Source of the DNA: Abditibacterium sp.
GTDB taxonomy: Bacteria > Armatimonadota > Abditibacteriia > Abditibacteriales > Abditibacteriaceae
DNA length: 64,000 nucleotides
NCBI GenBank assembly: GCA_965199495.1
Contig: CBDASK010000003.1
Span: 4,224,001-4,288,000 of the forward strand
Direction: 5' to 3'
The position numbers were made by a program, and so were the translations under genes. The first letter of the stretch is position 1. Each line of letters opens with the position of its first letter. The notes under the pieces were generated by a model. That model was given only the letters and a program-made list of their open reading frames with translations, made no database searches and was not told the DNA's origin. Positions 47,296 through 56,451 of the stretch are shown piece by piece.

Positions 47296-47546
47296 ATCTG
47301 CACATCCTCCAGCGCCAGAACGCAGTAATCTTTGTGGATGCCGAAGTCGTTGCCCGGCAGAACGTAGGTCACGCGCTTGTCGATTTCGGCGCCGGTGTAG
47401 GCATTCGATTTCGGGCAGTAGCGCTGCAAGGTCAGCACGTCGCCGATCTGATAATTGCGGTCGTTGCGGCGCACCTCGAAATTCTTTTCGCCACGCGCCA
47501 GCGCATCAAAGTATTTGGGGTAAGTCTTGAGTTGGTGTGTTTTCAT
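47292..47546 (-). CDS. ASCH/DUF3850 protein
   Basis: HQLKTYPKYFDA...GEKNFEVRRNDRNYQIGD. Confidence 0.85.
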   Translation of the reverse strand: MKTHQLKTYPKYFDALARGEKNFEVRRNDRNYQIGDVLTLQRYCPKSNAYTGAEIDKRVTYVLPGNDFGIHKDYCVLALEDVQI

Positions 47547-48238
47547 AGTTCGATTTTCTTGAAGGTCAGCGCAAACACCCACGGATTGATTTCCCAGGCA
47601 CCTTCGCCGTGGATGGATTCCCACAGCGAGCGAAAAGAATCAATCGGTGAAAAGAATCCAATTCCGCCGCCGTAATCTTTCCAACCGCACGCGCGCATGA
47701 AACCCACTTGTGAAATGCGTTCGATGCCCTCCGCGATTGCGTCCTCGTCGGAAATATCCTGCAACCGCTCGACGCGAACATCGGTGATTTCGAGCGTCAA
47801 GCGCAATGCCCAACGCGGCATAAAGCGCGCGTGGCGATAGCGTCCGGCCTCTTTTTCATCCCAGCAATCCCAATTATCCCGACGGCCATCGGCGCAATAT
47901 TCTGTCGGACACCACGGTTTTTCGTATTCGGCGCCCAGGCAGTCCTTTGCGATTTGCGTAGAATTCTTTTTGTCAAGATCGAGCGGATACCGAAACGCTT
48001 CGCGCACCCAGAGCCGGTCGCCGACGCGACCATAAGGGCATAAGGTCGGCATATAATCCAGAAAATGTTCTGGCGTGGCGAGAACAGAATTTTTCCCAGA
48101 TTTATACGAGATGACATTCAATGTCTGATGGACTTTTGCCTCCGGCTGGGGCTTGATAATTCGCCTCGTATTAGTTTTCCGTCCGTCGAGTGTGGCGCAC
48201 ACCATCGGCGCGCCTAAAATTAATGGTCGTTCTTTCAT
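47543..48238 (-). CDS. ASCH-like phage protein
   Basis: MKERP...LDGRKTNTRR, CPYGRVGDRLWVRE, MPRWA, VERLQDIS, NPWV. Confidence 0.85.
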   Translation of the reverse strand: MKERPLILGAPMVCATLDGRKTNTRRIIKPQPEAKVHQTLNVISYKSGKNSVLATPEHFLDYMPTLCPYGRVGDRLWVREAFRYPLDLDKKNSTQIAKDCLGAEYEKPWCPTEYCADGRRDNWDCWDEKEAGRYRHARFMPRWALRLTLEITDVRVERLQDISDEDAIAEGIERISQVGFMRACGWKDYGGGIGFFSPIDSFRSLWESIHGEGAWEINPWVFALTFKKIEL

Positions 48239-48515
48239 GAGATTGGTCTGTTTTGTCGTTCAATGCATACGCCGCGCACAACCGCACATGGGTTGCCCTG
48301 TTCGTCGTCAATGGTCGTAATTGTTGTGGCCAGAGTCTGTGCATCATCGGGATTCTCGCGAATGAACCGGGTTGCCGCTTCCAGTCGCTCTGCAAGAGTG
48401 CCAGCGAGCCATTGATGGGTCAGCGTGGCCCGGTCGGAGGAGAGCGCCGATTGATAGAGAATTGAGCGAGGCGAGTCCTGGGGAATTGCCTCTAATTCTT
48501 GAAGTGTCTCGCGGG

Positions 48516-49370
48516 TCATTGAAAAAGCTCCTGTTGTTGGCACTGCTCTTCTATCAACCGAAGTGCAACCGGGTTCATCCAGAGCGCTTCGGAGCGCGTT
48601 TGATTGGTTTGAATGCGACTCGTCGTCTCCTGACATTCCCAGTCCAAATTATCATCGTAGAGCGGGCATCTATAGCCCGACAATAGCACTGGCCCTAAAT
48701 GATTCTTGAGAGCCGCGATCAATTCGAGATGACCGTCGTCGGACATTTCGTGGGCATAGAGCCGCCTTCCATTGATGGCCGATGCTCCGCGCGTCGATTT
48801 CACATAGGGCGGATCGGCGTAAATTAGCGTTTCCGAACTGCGATTGCGGGCGATAACATCCAACGCGGGCCGACATTCGATCTGCGCATCGAGTAAGCGG
48901 GCGCTCGCCACTCGCAAACGTTCAGGTAATCGCTTCCATGTCGCAATTGGCGATTGGTGCAGCGAATCTCGCGCGCGCCATCCGCTACAACCCGCGCTCG
49001 TCTCATCGTCGCGCGACGCCCGTCGAACTCCGACCGCTTGCCACATCGCTACCAATAAACGCCGGGCGCGCTCGACATCGTCGCCTTGAGCGAGGTCTTT
49101 GCGGCACTCGTCATATTCCGCTCGCGCCCAGGGAGTGAGAGCAATCGCTGCCTCGATCTGAGCTGGTTTGTTGCGGATGACTTCAAACAGGTTCACTACC
49201 ATCGAATCACGGTCGTTGATCGTCTCGACATTCGACGGAATCTTGTTGAAGAACACGGCTCCCGAACCGAAAAATGGCTCTAAATACGCGTCGTGGCTCG
49301 GCATATTGCTGATTACCCATTCCGCCAAACGCCACTTTGATCCAGGCCATTTGAGAGAAGGGGCGCTCAT
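48516..49370 (-). CDS. Dam-like (D12 class) N6-adenine DNA methyltransferase
   Basis: LKWPGSK, EPFFGSGAV, IND, YADPPY. Confidence 0.92.
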   Translation of the reverse strand: MSAPSLKWPGSKWRLAEWVISNMPSHDAYLEPFFGSGAVFFNKIPSNVETINDRDSMVVNLFEVIRNKPAQIEAAIALTPWARAEYDECRKDLAQGDDVERARRLLVAMWQAVGVRRASRDDETSAGCSGWRARDSLHQSPIATWKRLPERLRVASARLLDAQIECRPALDVIARNRSSETLIYADPPYVKSTRGASAINGRRLYAHEMSDDGHLELIAALKNHLGPVLLSGYRCPLYDDNLDWECQETTSRIQTNQTRSEALWMNPVALRLIEEQCQQQELFQ

Positions 49371-51832
49371 TGCAAAACCGCCTTGCACAGCGCCCGCGCG
49401 CATTCGACCGAAACCGCGTTGCCAATCATCTTCATCTTGTCCTTTTTGGTGCCGGTGAACTCGTAATCCTCAAAGCCCATCGCCGCCGCGCATTCGTGCG
49501 GTTGCAGCATCCGAAACCGAATGTCCATCAGGCCATAGGTCACGCCATCGCGCTCGAAAACTGCAATCGGCTCCGGCTGGCATAAACCAAAGTGGTCTTT
49601 GGTCGTCACCGTTGGGAGCGGTAAGTCGCACGGTGCCGCGCCCGACTGCCCGTAGAACTGCACCATAAACGGCTCGGCGAGCGCGTAACGGTTCGACGTA
49701 TCCAGCGTGCGTAGCGGCTCTTCGACGGAGTAAACGCGCTTTTCGGCGCGGTCGCTGTCGTCGTGAAATTGCACGATGAACGGTTCACAGAGCGCGTGAT
49801 GTTTGCCGGTCGTGGTGATCGTCGAGAGCGGCGCGTCCAGACTGGCGGCATCGCGATTGTTGCGGAAGATGACCAGAAATGGCTCGCATAAAGCAAGCTC
49901 GCTTTGGGTTGTCAGGGTTGGGAGGCACGCGTCCAAATCATGAACGCGCCCCACGCGATTGTCGCCACCACTGTGAGTGATGGGCATAACGAAATCAACG
50001 CCGCCAAACTTCTTCAGTCCCGCCGCGATGCGCGCCAACGTCTTGTCTGCCAGCGGCTTCTTGCGCCCAAAAATGCTGCTGCCTTCGAGCGACCAATCGA
50101 TGATTTCGCGCGCGGCGCGATGACGATTCTGCGTGAACAGTTCTGGCGTCGCCGAGTGCGTTCTTGTTGGCCAGCGCATTTTTCGCCGACGCGAAGCCAC
50201 GATGAACAACCGCCGCCGCGCCGTGGCTGCTCCGTAGTCAGCGGAGTTGAGCACGTCAAAGTCAACGTGATAGCCCAGTGATTCGAGAGCGTTGCACCAC
50301 GCGCGAAAGACCTCGCCCTTTTTGTGCGGTATCGGGCGCCCTTTGGCGTTGAGCGGCCCCCACGTGCAGTTGTGAACAACCATTCCATCAGCGATGAAGC
50401 TGTGATCTTCATGCACAGTAAGGTCGTAAACCACCACGTTCTGCTGTGCTGGCGTGACACTGCGAACTCTCGTCCAGCGATGAAGATCATCGTTCCACCA
50501 CTCGATGTCGAGGTTTTTCTTCCACTTCCATGTGAGATAGTAGCCACCTTTCCCGTTGATCTCGCGCCCGTTCAGCAACGCAAATGAACCAGCTTTCATG
50601 GGCGTTATTCCCGCAGAAATGCCCATTGACTCCAGTAGCAGCTTCAATCCCACAGCGAGGCGCCGGGACACTGTGCCTGCATACCAGCGATTATTACGCG
50701 GATTGAGATGACCATCCGCCTGTGAATAGCCGTCAATTAAGGCGCGCTTGCACTCGTCTGGGAGCGATAATGCCCAAGTTGGAATCGTTTTGTAGTGCGC
50801 GTGTTCGCCGAAATAGGCCGTCAGCCACTCGGCCATCTCCCGATTTGTAGTTTCAAACACAACTACGCTTGCCCTTTCTTGCCTGTTCCATGTCAAGCCG
50901 CAGACGGACTTAAGTTGGGATTCCAGAAGGTCGGCTTCGGCGTGATTACCACAGATGCGGACCCCATCGGCGCGCCCTCGGCGATGCCGAATCCAGCCAT
51001 CGCCCAGCCACAATCCAACCATTCGCCAAAACGCCGGGTCAAACGGATTGACCACGCACGAGGCAATGATGGGTGCCATCACTGGCGACGTGTGTGGCGT
51101 GGCCCATGCAAAGCCCGAATACCGCTTTTGATACGTCGTCATGTTGCTTCTGTCGGGCACGAGGTTTCGCGCTTCCGTCCAAGATTCCTTTCCTAAAACT
51201 GCTTTGTGGCGACCGCTTGTTCCGCCCCAACATTCGACTTCGATGGGACGACTATAAAACGGATGGTCATCTGTGCATTCGATGATGGAGTTGCCGCCTC
51301 CTACGACGCGCATTGTGTTGGCTACGCGCGAAGTTAATGCGGTGACTGCTCGATAGCGGCCCTTATGGGTCAGGACGCGCATTCCGACCTCAACCTCCTC
51401 AATGGGCAATAATCCATTATCGGTGACGACAACGGTGCCTGACGGAAAACAGAACTCGCGCACGTTCTCGACGATGATATTGTCGATGCGCAACGCATCG
51501 GCCCAACGGACGATATGCCACGCCGATGCGCGCGATTGATCCGACATCGGCACGCCGCCGCGCGCGTTGGAAAAATGCACGCATTCGGGCGAAGCGAGCA
51601 GAATGTTCAGCCGTCCGCCTGGATGCACTTTGCGCGGATCCACGTTATCAAGATTCTCGCATAAGTGGCGCACGCCGGGATGGTTGAGCGAATGCGTTTC
51701 GATGGCGCGCGGCCAGTGATTGACCGCCAGTAACTCGGCAGTTCTTTCCAGATCGGCGCACGCATGCAGCAAACCGGTCGAGAATCCGCCCGCGCCCGCA
51801 AAGAGGTCAGCGGCTTGAAGTGTGTTTTTCAT
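49367..51832 (-). CDS. C5-cytosine DNA methyltransferase containing an intein
   Basis: DLFAGAGG, SPECVHFS, ENV, ARRRLF, RMLQPHE, IGNAV. Confidence 0.92.
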   Translation of the reverse strand: MKNTLQAADLFAGAGGFSTGLLHACADLERTAELLAVNHWPRAIETHSLNHPGVRHLCENLDNVDPRKVHPGGRLNILLASPECVHFSNARGGVPMSDQSRASAWHIVRWADALRIDNIIVENVREFCFPSGTVVVTDNGLLPIEEVEVGMRVLTHKGRYRAVTALTSRVANTMRVVGGGNSIIECTDDHPFYSRPIEVECWGGTSGRHKAVLGKESWTEARNLVPDRSNMTTYQKRYSGFAWATPHTSPVMAPIIASCVVNPFDPAFWRMVGLWLGDGWIRHRRGRADGVRICGNHAEADLLESQLKSVCGLTWNRQERASVVVFETTNREMAEWLTAYFGEHAHYKTIPTWALSLPDECKRALIDGYSQADGHLNPRNNRWYAGTVSRRLAVGLKLLLESMGISAGITPMKAGSFALLNGREINGKGGYYLTWKWKKNLDIEWWNDDLHRWTRVRSVTPAQQNVVVYDLTVHEDHSFIADGMVVHNCTWGPLNAKGRPIPHKKGEVFRAWCNALESLGYHVDFDVLNSADYGAATARRRLFIVASRRRKMRWPTRTHSATPELFTQNRHRAAREIIDWSLEGSSIFGRKKPLADKTLARIAAGLKKFGGVDFVMPITHSGGDNRVGRVHDLDACLPTLTTQSELALCEPFLVIFRNNRDAASLDAPLSTITTTGKHHALCEPFIVQFHDDSDRAEKRVYSVEEPLRTLDTSNRYALAEPFMVQFYGQSGAAPCDLPLPTVTTKDHFGLCQPEPIAVFERDGVTYGLMDIRFRMLQPHECAAAMGFEDYEFTGTKKDKMKMIGNAVSVECARALCKAVLQ
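50369..51451 (-). mobile_element. Intein (361 aa) with LAGLIDADG homing endonuclease
   Basis: Begins CFPSGTVV, ends VYDLTVHEDHSFIADGMVVHN followed by Cys+1; GLWLGDG and DGYSQADG motifs. Confidence 0.93.
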
Positions 51833-52581
51833 CGGGCCGTCACGCTCCCTATAGCGCTGGACGCGGCTTTGCGCTTGATCGCGCGCGCGCGTCTGGCGGC
51901 GGGTGAGATATAGTAGACGTGGGCGACGACCGAGCGCCACGTCTTAGGCTCTCCGCGCTCCGCGATGCCGTTCAGAACGAATTCGCGCAGACGCTCCTGT
52001 TCTTCGTTTTTCTGGCCCGATTTGCCGCGAATGCGATTGGGATAAAGGCCTTTGCTGCGACACTCCGCGATCCATGCCGACTGCTCGTTGTTGAAGGAGA
52101 CGCCATTTTCGACACGCGCCGAGATCGAAGCTGCGATGGAGGCGGTATGGCCCGGCGCGACACACTCGATCCCGTAGGTATGCCGCAACGTTTGCAGAGA
52201 ATGACGCGCGCGCGCCGTGGCTGCCAGCAATTGGGGAAGGTCAGCCAGAGACACCGACGCGCCGAGCGCACGCCAGAACAGCAGTTCGACGGCGCCGAAC
52301 TCGCGCCTTTTGTCGCCACGGCTGCTCCATCGTCTGGCCTTGGCAAAGCCGTCTTCGGCGACCGGGCAACTCTCCCACAAATACGCCGGACGCGCCCGCC
52401 CCGACTTGGCGCAATGGATCGGCACGACGGCCTCGGTCTGGAGTGAGACGCGCCCGCCCTCGAACCGCAGCAAGCGCGAGAAATCGGTCGCGTCGGTCGG
52501 CGTGCAGTGACGGCACCGCAAGCAGGTAATGCCGCGAGCCACAGGAATAGAATCTGGTGGACGAGTGACTTTCGACATCAA
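51829..52581 (-). CDS. Hypothetical Cys-containing protein (paralog of 60486-61361)
   Basis: Shared CLRCxxC...PIxCAKxG and xFNxxQSA motifs. Confidence 0.6.
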   Translation of the reverse strand: MMSKVTRPPDSIPVARGITCLRCRHCTPTDATDFSRLLRFEGGRVSLQTEAVVPIHCAKSGRARPAYLWESCPVAEDGFAKARRWSSRGDKRREFGAVELLFWRALGASVSLADLPQLLAATARARHSLQTLRHTYGIECVAPGHTASIAASISARVENGVSFNNEQSAWIAECRSKGLYPNRIRGKSGQKNEEQERLREFVLNGIAERGEPKTWRSVVAHVYYISPAARRARAIKRKAASSAIGSVTAR

Positions 52582-52886
52582 TCTCCCTCCTCTTCGGATG
52601 CTTCGGGTTCTGGCGTGTCACCGTTGAGAACGATGTTGACATCCAAGCCGGTCATGCCCGCGATCACCTGGCGAATGTCGTCCACGACTTCGACATCGAT
52701 CTGATGGGGGGAAACCTTGTCGTCGGGCACCGTCAAAACGGCCTTGAGTTGCGGGCGCTCGAACAGGGCGTCGGGCAGCGAGAGGCGCACAGAGATGGCG
52801 ACCTCATCTGGCTTGAGAGCGACGCGTTTGCTGGTGGCTTTCACCGAGCCACGGCTATTGATGTTGAGGATGAATGTGGTTGTCAT
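52578..52886 (-). CDS. Hypothetical protein
   Basis: Coupled ORF. Confidence 0.6.
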   Translation of the reverse strand: MTTTFILNINSRGSVKATSKRVALKPDEVAISVRLSLPDALFERPQLKAVLTVPDDKVSPHQIDVEVVDDIRQVIAGMTGLDVNIVLNGDTPEPEASEEEGD

Positions 52887-53460
52887 TGTGAGTGTTGGTT
52901 AATTGAGGTGCGCTTTGCGCGCGGCCTCGTTAAAGCCGAAGTCGGGCTTCAAAAGAAACTCCGAGCGCGCGGGTTTGGAAGCGCAGGCGCATCGTGGCGC
53001 TATCGCGCGCGTATCTTTTTCCGCGCGCTCGCGGCCCGCTTCGGCTTCGTTGCGTTTGTCCTCGGATTCACGCAGAAGCGAAAGATAGTAACCGCAAGCC
53101 TCCGACAGTTCAAAGGCAATGACGGCAAGAATGATCACGGCGGCAGAGAAAAGGGCGATGGTCATAAAGCGTGTTCCTGTAATTCGGTTGCATTGTCCAT
53201 GTCAGACGCCGGGTTGCCGGTCGCTCTGGCGGCGCGGCGTGCCATCACATAAATGTCGCGGGCGCGGTGCGCATCGTCACGCTCTTCGATGAGCGCCTCG
53301 CACCGCTCTAATATATCCTCGTATTTGCGCGCGGCGTCAATCCACGCGCCCACACAAACGAGGAGGGCAAAAAAAGCCATAACGGCAAAGGCCAGTAGGG
53401 CGCCGACCAAGCAAAGCGTGCCCTGCGTCGGAATCGGAAGTTCAAACATTAATATCTCCT

Positions 53461-53832
53461 TTAAACCATGAATTGAGGCGGCAGGGGAACCGCCGCCTCG
53501 GTCGGGCGCCACAGGTGCAAACAGCAGGGCGCGACGTTCACCCACTGGCTCTGCGGCGGATGCAGTTGCATTACCGCGTCTTCGACGTCCCAGAAGAGCG
53601 CTTTGAGTTCGCACATCTCTTTCCATAACGGGCAGCGGTCGGGCAGCGAGATCGAAACATGTTCCCAACCGTCGCCATCACTCGCGATGACTTTGAAAAT
53701 CGGGCCACCCTTGTGCAAGCAAACGAAGAAGAGGCCGTTGTTGCCGTCGGTGGCATCGGTCGCGTGAGTCCACCATTTGCGATAACGCATCTCGCGCGTG
53801 ACGCGAAAGCGTTCGGGAACGTGAAAAGGCAT
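53461..53832 (-). CDS. Conserved phage protein
   Basis: GWEHVSIS...RCPLWKEMC...QLHPP...CLHLWRP. Confidence 0.75.
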   Translation of the reverse strand: MPFHVPERFRVTREMRYRKWWTHATDATDGNNGLFFVCLHKGGPIFKVIASDGDGWEHVSISLPDRCPLWKEMCELKALFWDVEDAVMQLHPPQSQWVNVAPCCLHLWRPTEAAVPLPPQFMV

Positions 53833-53835
53833 AAA

Positions 53836-54927
53836 TTAATCTTCCTCCAGCGAGATCATGCGGCGCGGTTTGTCCACGATCAGGGTCGTCAACTGCGCCT
53901 CGAGCGTTTTGGCGCTGTCGTGGATCGCGGCGCGCAGGTCGTCCGATTTGCGCAAGGTTTCGGGCTCGATGCCGCTCATCAGTTGGCGCACGTCGCCCAC
54001 GATGGCCGCGAGTTGCGCGTCGTTTGTGATGTTGAGCGCATTGAAATCGTTCATGAAGTCGTTGAGGTTGGTCAGCGTCGAAGCGCGCAAGATCTTGGGC
54101 TTGCCCGCCTTGTCGGGCTGCAACTTCTCGCACAGGTGATCGAGCATTCCGCGCAGACGCACGCGCAGCAGTTGCGCGGCTTGTTCCTGCATCTCCGCCC
54201 ACGAGGCCGCTGCCTTCTCGCGCTCGCGCTCCCAAATGTCGGAGGAGATTTCGCCCAGTGCATCCGGCACGCCCAGCGCGATAAAACGCCACGCGAAACC
54301 GAAGCACTCGGCCACGCAGTCGCGGCTCGGATAATCGTGAAGGTCGAACAGTTCGCGCAACTGGCGGCGCGTCTTGACCAGCAAGCGCGGATAGACCGCG
54401 ACGAATTCGGCGACCAACTCGGCGCGCTCGGTGGCGTAGGCCGACAACTGCGTGTCCAGCACCTCGATCATGCCCAGCGGCACCAGGTAGGTCGCGCGAA
54501 TCGGGCAGGGCAGACACTTGCGCTCGACGAACGCCGTGACCTGCCGGTCGAGGCTCTCGATGCGCCGCAGTTCGTCGCACGCCCACAGCGTCTTGACCAC
54601 GCGCGCCCGTCCCGCGTCGGTATCCACCGCCGCCAGAGTTTGGGCTTCCAAATCATCGCTCTGCACCGCGCTTTGAGTGCGCGCGATCTTGACATCGCCT
54701 TCGCCCAGTTGACGCGTGCGCCCGATCAAGCGGAAGTCAATCGTCACCAGAATCGCTTTGTTCTCGATTAGAGATTCGTTGATCGTAACAGGAGGCGCGA
54801 CCGGTTCTTGAGCGAGCGTTTCGATGTCGGAGAGGGCGTGTTTGGCGGGTTCCTGCGCCATAAAGTCGAAGATGGCGCTTTTGGGCGCCGATGAAGCGGC
54901 GCCGTTTGGGGTAAAATTAGTGTTCAT
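53836..54927 (-). CDS. DUF3150-like helical protein
   Basis: YLVP...FVAVYP...LFDLHDYPS; part of the AAA cluster. Confidence 0.6.
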   Translation of the reverse strand: MNTNFTPNGAASSAPKSAIFDFMAQEPAKHALSDIETLAQEPVAPPVTINESLIENKAILVTIDFRLIGRTRQLGEGDVKIARTQSAVQSDDLEAQTLAAVDTDAGRARVVKTLWACDELRRIESLDRQVTAFVERKCLPCPIRATYLVPLGMIEVLDTQLSAYATERAELVAEFVAVYPRLLVKTRRQLRELFDLHDYPSRDCVAECFGFAWRFIALGVPDALGEISSDIWEREREKAAASWAEMQEQAAQLLRVRLRGMLDHLCEKLQPDKAGKPKILRASTLTNLNDFMNDFNALNITNDAQLAAIVGDVRQLMSGIEPETLRKSDDLRAAIHDSAKTLEAQLTTLIVDKPRRMISLEED

Positions 54928-54952
54928 TTGAGGAAATGTTTGTCGGTTTACG

Positions 54953-54987
54953 AGGGCGCTTTGCGGTGACGCGCAAAGCGCCCTTTT
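54953..54987. terminator. Intrinsic terminator-like hairpin
   Basis: AGGGCGCTTTGCG...CGCAAAGCGCCCT followed by a T run. Confidence 0.65.
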
Positions 54988-54994
54988 CTCGTTT

Positions 54995-55273
54995 CTAAAG
55001 TCGGTTTTCGTGTAGCCACCGCGCTTCGGCTTGCAGCGCCTCGCCGCGCAACGCGAAACCGCTCAAACGCGGCCCACCCACGGGCGAGAGATCGGCGAAC
55101 CACAAACCCCGCGCGTCCGGTTCGACGTGGCTGGCCCGCTCAATCGAAACGGTGCCTTCATCGAAGAGCGGTGCCAGATCGTCATCGTGCAAAAAGCGCA
55201 GATCGCCGTTAGTTTCAACGACGATTTGCAGCGTTTTGTCCGGCGCGCTGCCCAGTGCGCGGTTGCTGCGCAT
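54995..55273 (-). CDS. Conserved small protein of the AAA/DUF1257 cluster (start uncertain)
   Basis: RASHVEPD...WFADLSPVGGP...ALQAE. Confidence 0.6.
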   Translation of the reverse strand: MRSNRALGSAPDKTLQIVVETNGDLRFLHDDDLAPLFDEGTVSIERASHVEPDARGLWFADLSPVGGPRLSGFALRGEALQAEARWLHENRL

Positions 55274-55424
55274 ATTCGGGCGTTTTATGATCGGCGACAG
55301 TTTCGCCCAGCGCCGCCTCGAACTTGGCCGTAAGGTCGCGACAACCCGGCCCAGCATGACCATTAACGGCGACTTCGATCTCGCCGTCGAGGGCGATGGA
55401 TACGATAATTTCTTCATTGTTCAT
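55215..55424 (-). CDS. DUF2997-like protein
   Basis: IALDGEI...GHAGPGCRDLT..FEAALG...TPEY. Confidence 0.75.
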   Translation of the reverse strand: MNNEEIIVSIALDGEIEVAVNGHAGPGCRDLTAKFEAALGETVADHKTPEYAQQPRTGQRAGQNAANRR

Positions 55425-55518
55425 CGGAACTCCTTGAGTTGGTTTCAATGCCCTGTTTGTGTAGCGACATTGATATACATATTTTAAGAAAATTGAGAGG
55501 GTTTTACAACCTCTGTGC

Positions 55519-55552
55519 GGGAGAGAAATCGTTACGTAACGATTTCTCTCCC
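55519..55552. repeat. 34-nt perfect palindrome with GTTACGTAAC core
   Basis: GGGAGAGAAATCGTTACGTAACGATTTCTCTCCC. Confidence 0.85.
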
Positions 55553-55559
55553 CTTCATT

Positions 55560-56012
55560 TTACCGTCGACAGACCAGGCGAACTTTGCCGTCCGCTCCCT
55601 GCGACTGGGTGACGCGCATTCCCAAGCGCGCCGCCTGTTTGCGCGCGACCTGCACGCTGTATTCCTGCTGCAATTTTTGGGCGCCCGCGCCGATCACGGC
55701 TTCGAGACCACGCCCCTGCTGCCAGTTGTCGTAGATCAGGGCGTAGCCTTCTCCGTTGGGGTTTTTGACGACGCCGACTTCGTAGGCGCCCGCGTTGCCG
55801 GGGATGCGGATCGCGTGTTCGCATTGCCCGAATTTCTTCGGGTCGAATCCGTTGTTGATGGCGGCTTCGGGAGCAGAATAGTCGTTCATCCACTTTCCAT
55901 ACCATTTGAAAGTTGTCTGGCCTTCGACCAGTTCGAGGCCCAAGACGGCGGCGGCGCGCTTAAGCGCGTCCAAATCTTTGATGATCGTCTTGATGCTACA
56001 AATGTGGCTCAT
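55560..56012 (-). CDS. DUF1257-like protein
   Basis: MSHICSIKTIIKDLDALKRA...YEVGV...KLQQEY. Confidence 0.8.
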   Translation of the reverse strand: MSHICSIKTIIKDLDALKRAAAVLGLELVEGQTTFKWYGKWMNDYSAPEAAINNGFDPKKFGQCEHAIRIPGNAGAYEVGVVKNPNGEGYALIYDNWQQGRGLEAVIGAGAQKLQQEYSVQVARKQAARLGMRVTQSQGADGKVRLVCRR

Positions 56013-56449
56013 AATTCCTTCTCCTTATGATCGTCTATTGTCGGGTAAACGATGATGCCCGTTTTTCCCAGTTCGTCCTTCTGTAACTCCACCGTGGTAG
56101 CGCGCACCATCTTCTGAAACTCGTCGCTTTCGACGGAGACGGCGGGGCCTTCGTAAAACCAGCGGCCCCGGTAATGTTTGACTGTATAGCCCGCCGCTTC
56201 GACTTCGCGGCAAAACTGCTCGAAATGCTCTTTCTCGTAAGGTCTGTGCTCTCCAGTTGGCGCGACGGGGTCGCGCCAACGATTGCTGAGTTCGAGTCGT
56301 GCGGTTTCCGCTATCTTCTGGCGGGCGTGGTGACCATTGCCCAGCAAGAGGCCTCGGTTTTCCAGTTGCTCAAATATCTGTGTAGCGGCGTAAACGGCAT
56401 TGGTGATTTCGTTTTCCGCCTCGTGTTTGGTGATTGGTAGTTTTAGCAT
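56009..56449 (-). CDS. Hypothetical protein
   Basis: GGAGG RBS; YRGRWFYEGPAV. Confidence 0.6.
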   Translation of the reverse strand: MLKLPITKHEAENEITNAVYAATQIFEQLENRGLLLGNGHHARQKIAETARLELSNRWRDPVAPTGEHRPYEKEHFEQFCREVEAAGYTVKHYRGRWFYEGPAVSVESDEFQKMVRATTVELQKDELGKTGIIVYPTIDDHKEKEL

Positions 56450-56451
56450 CT

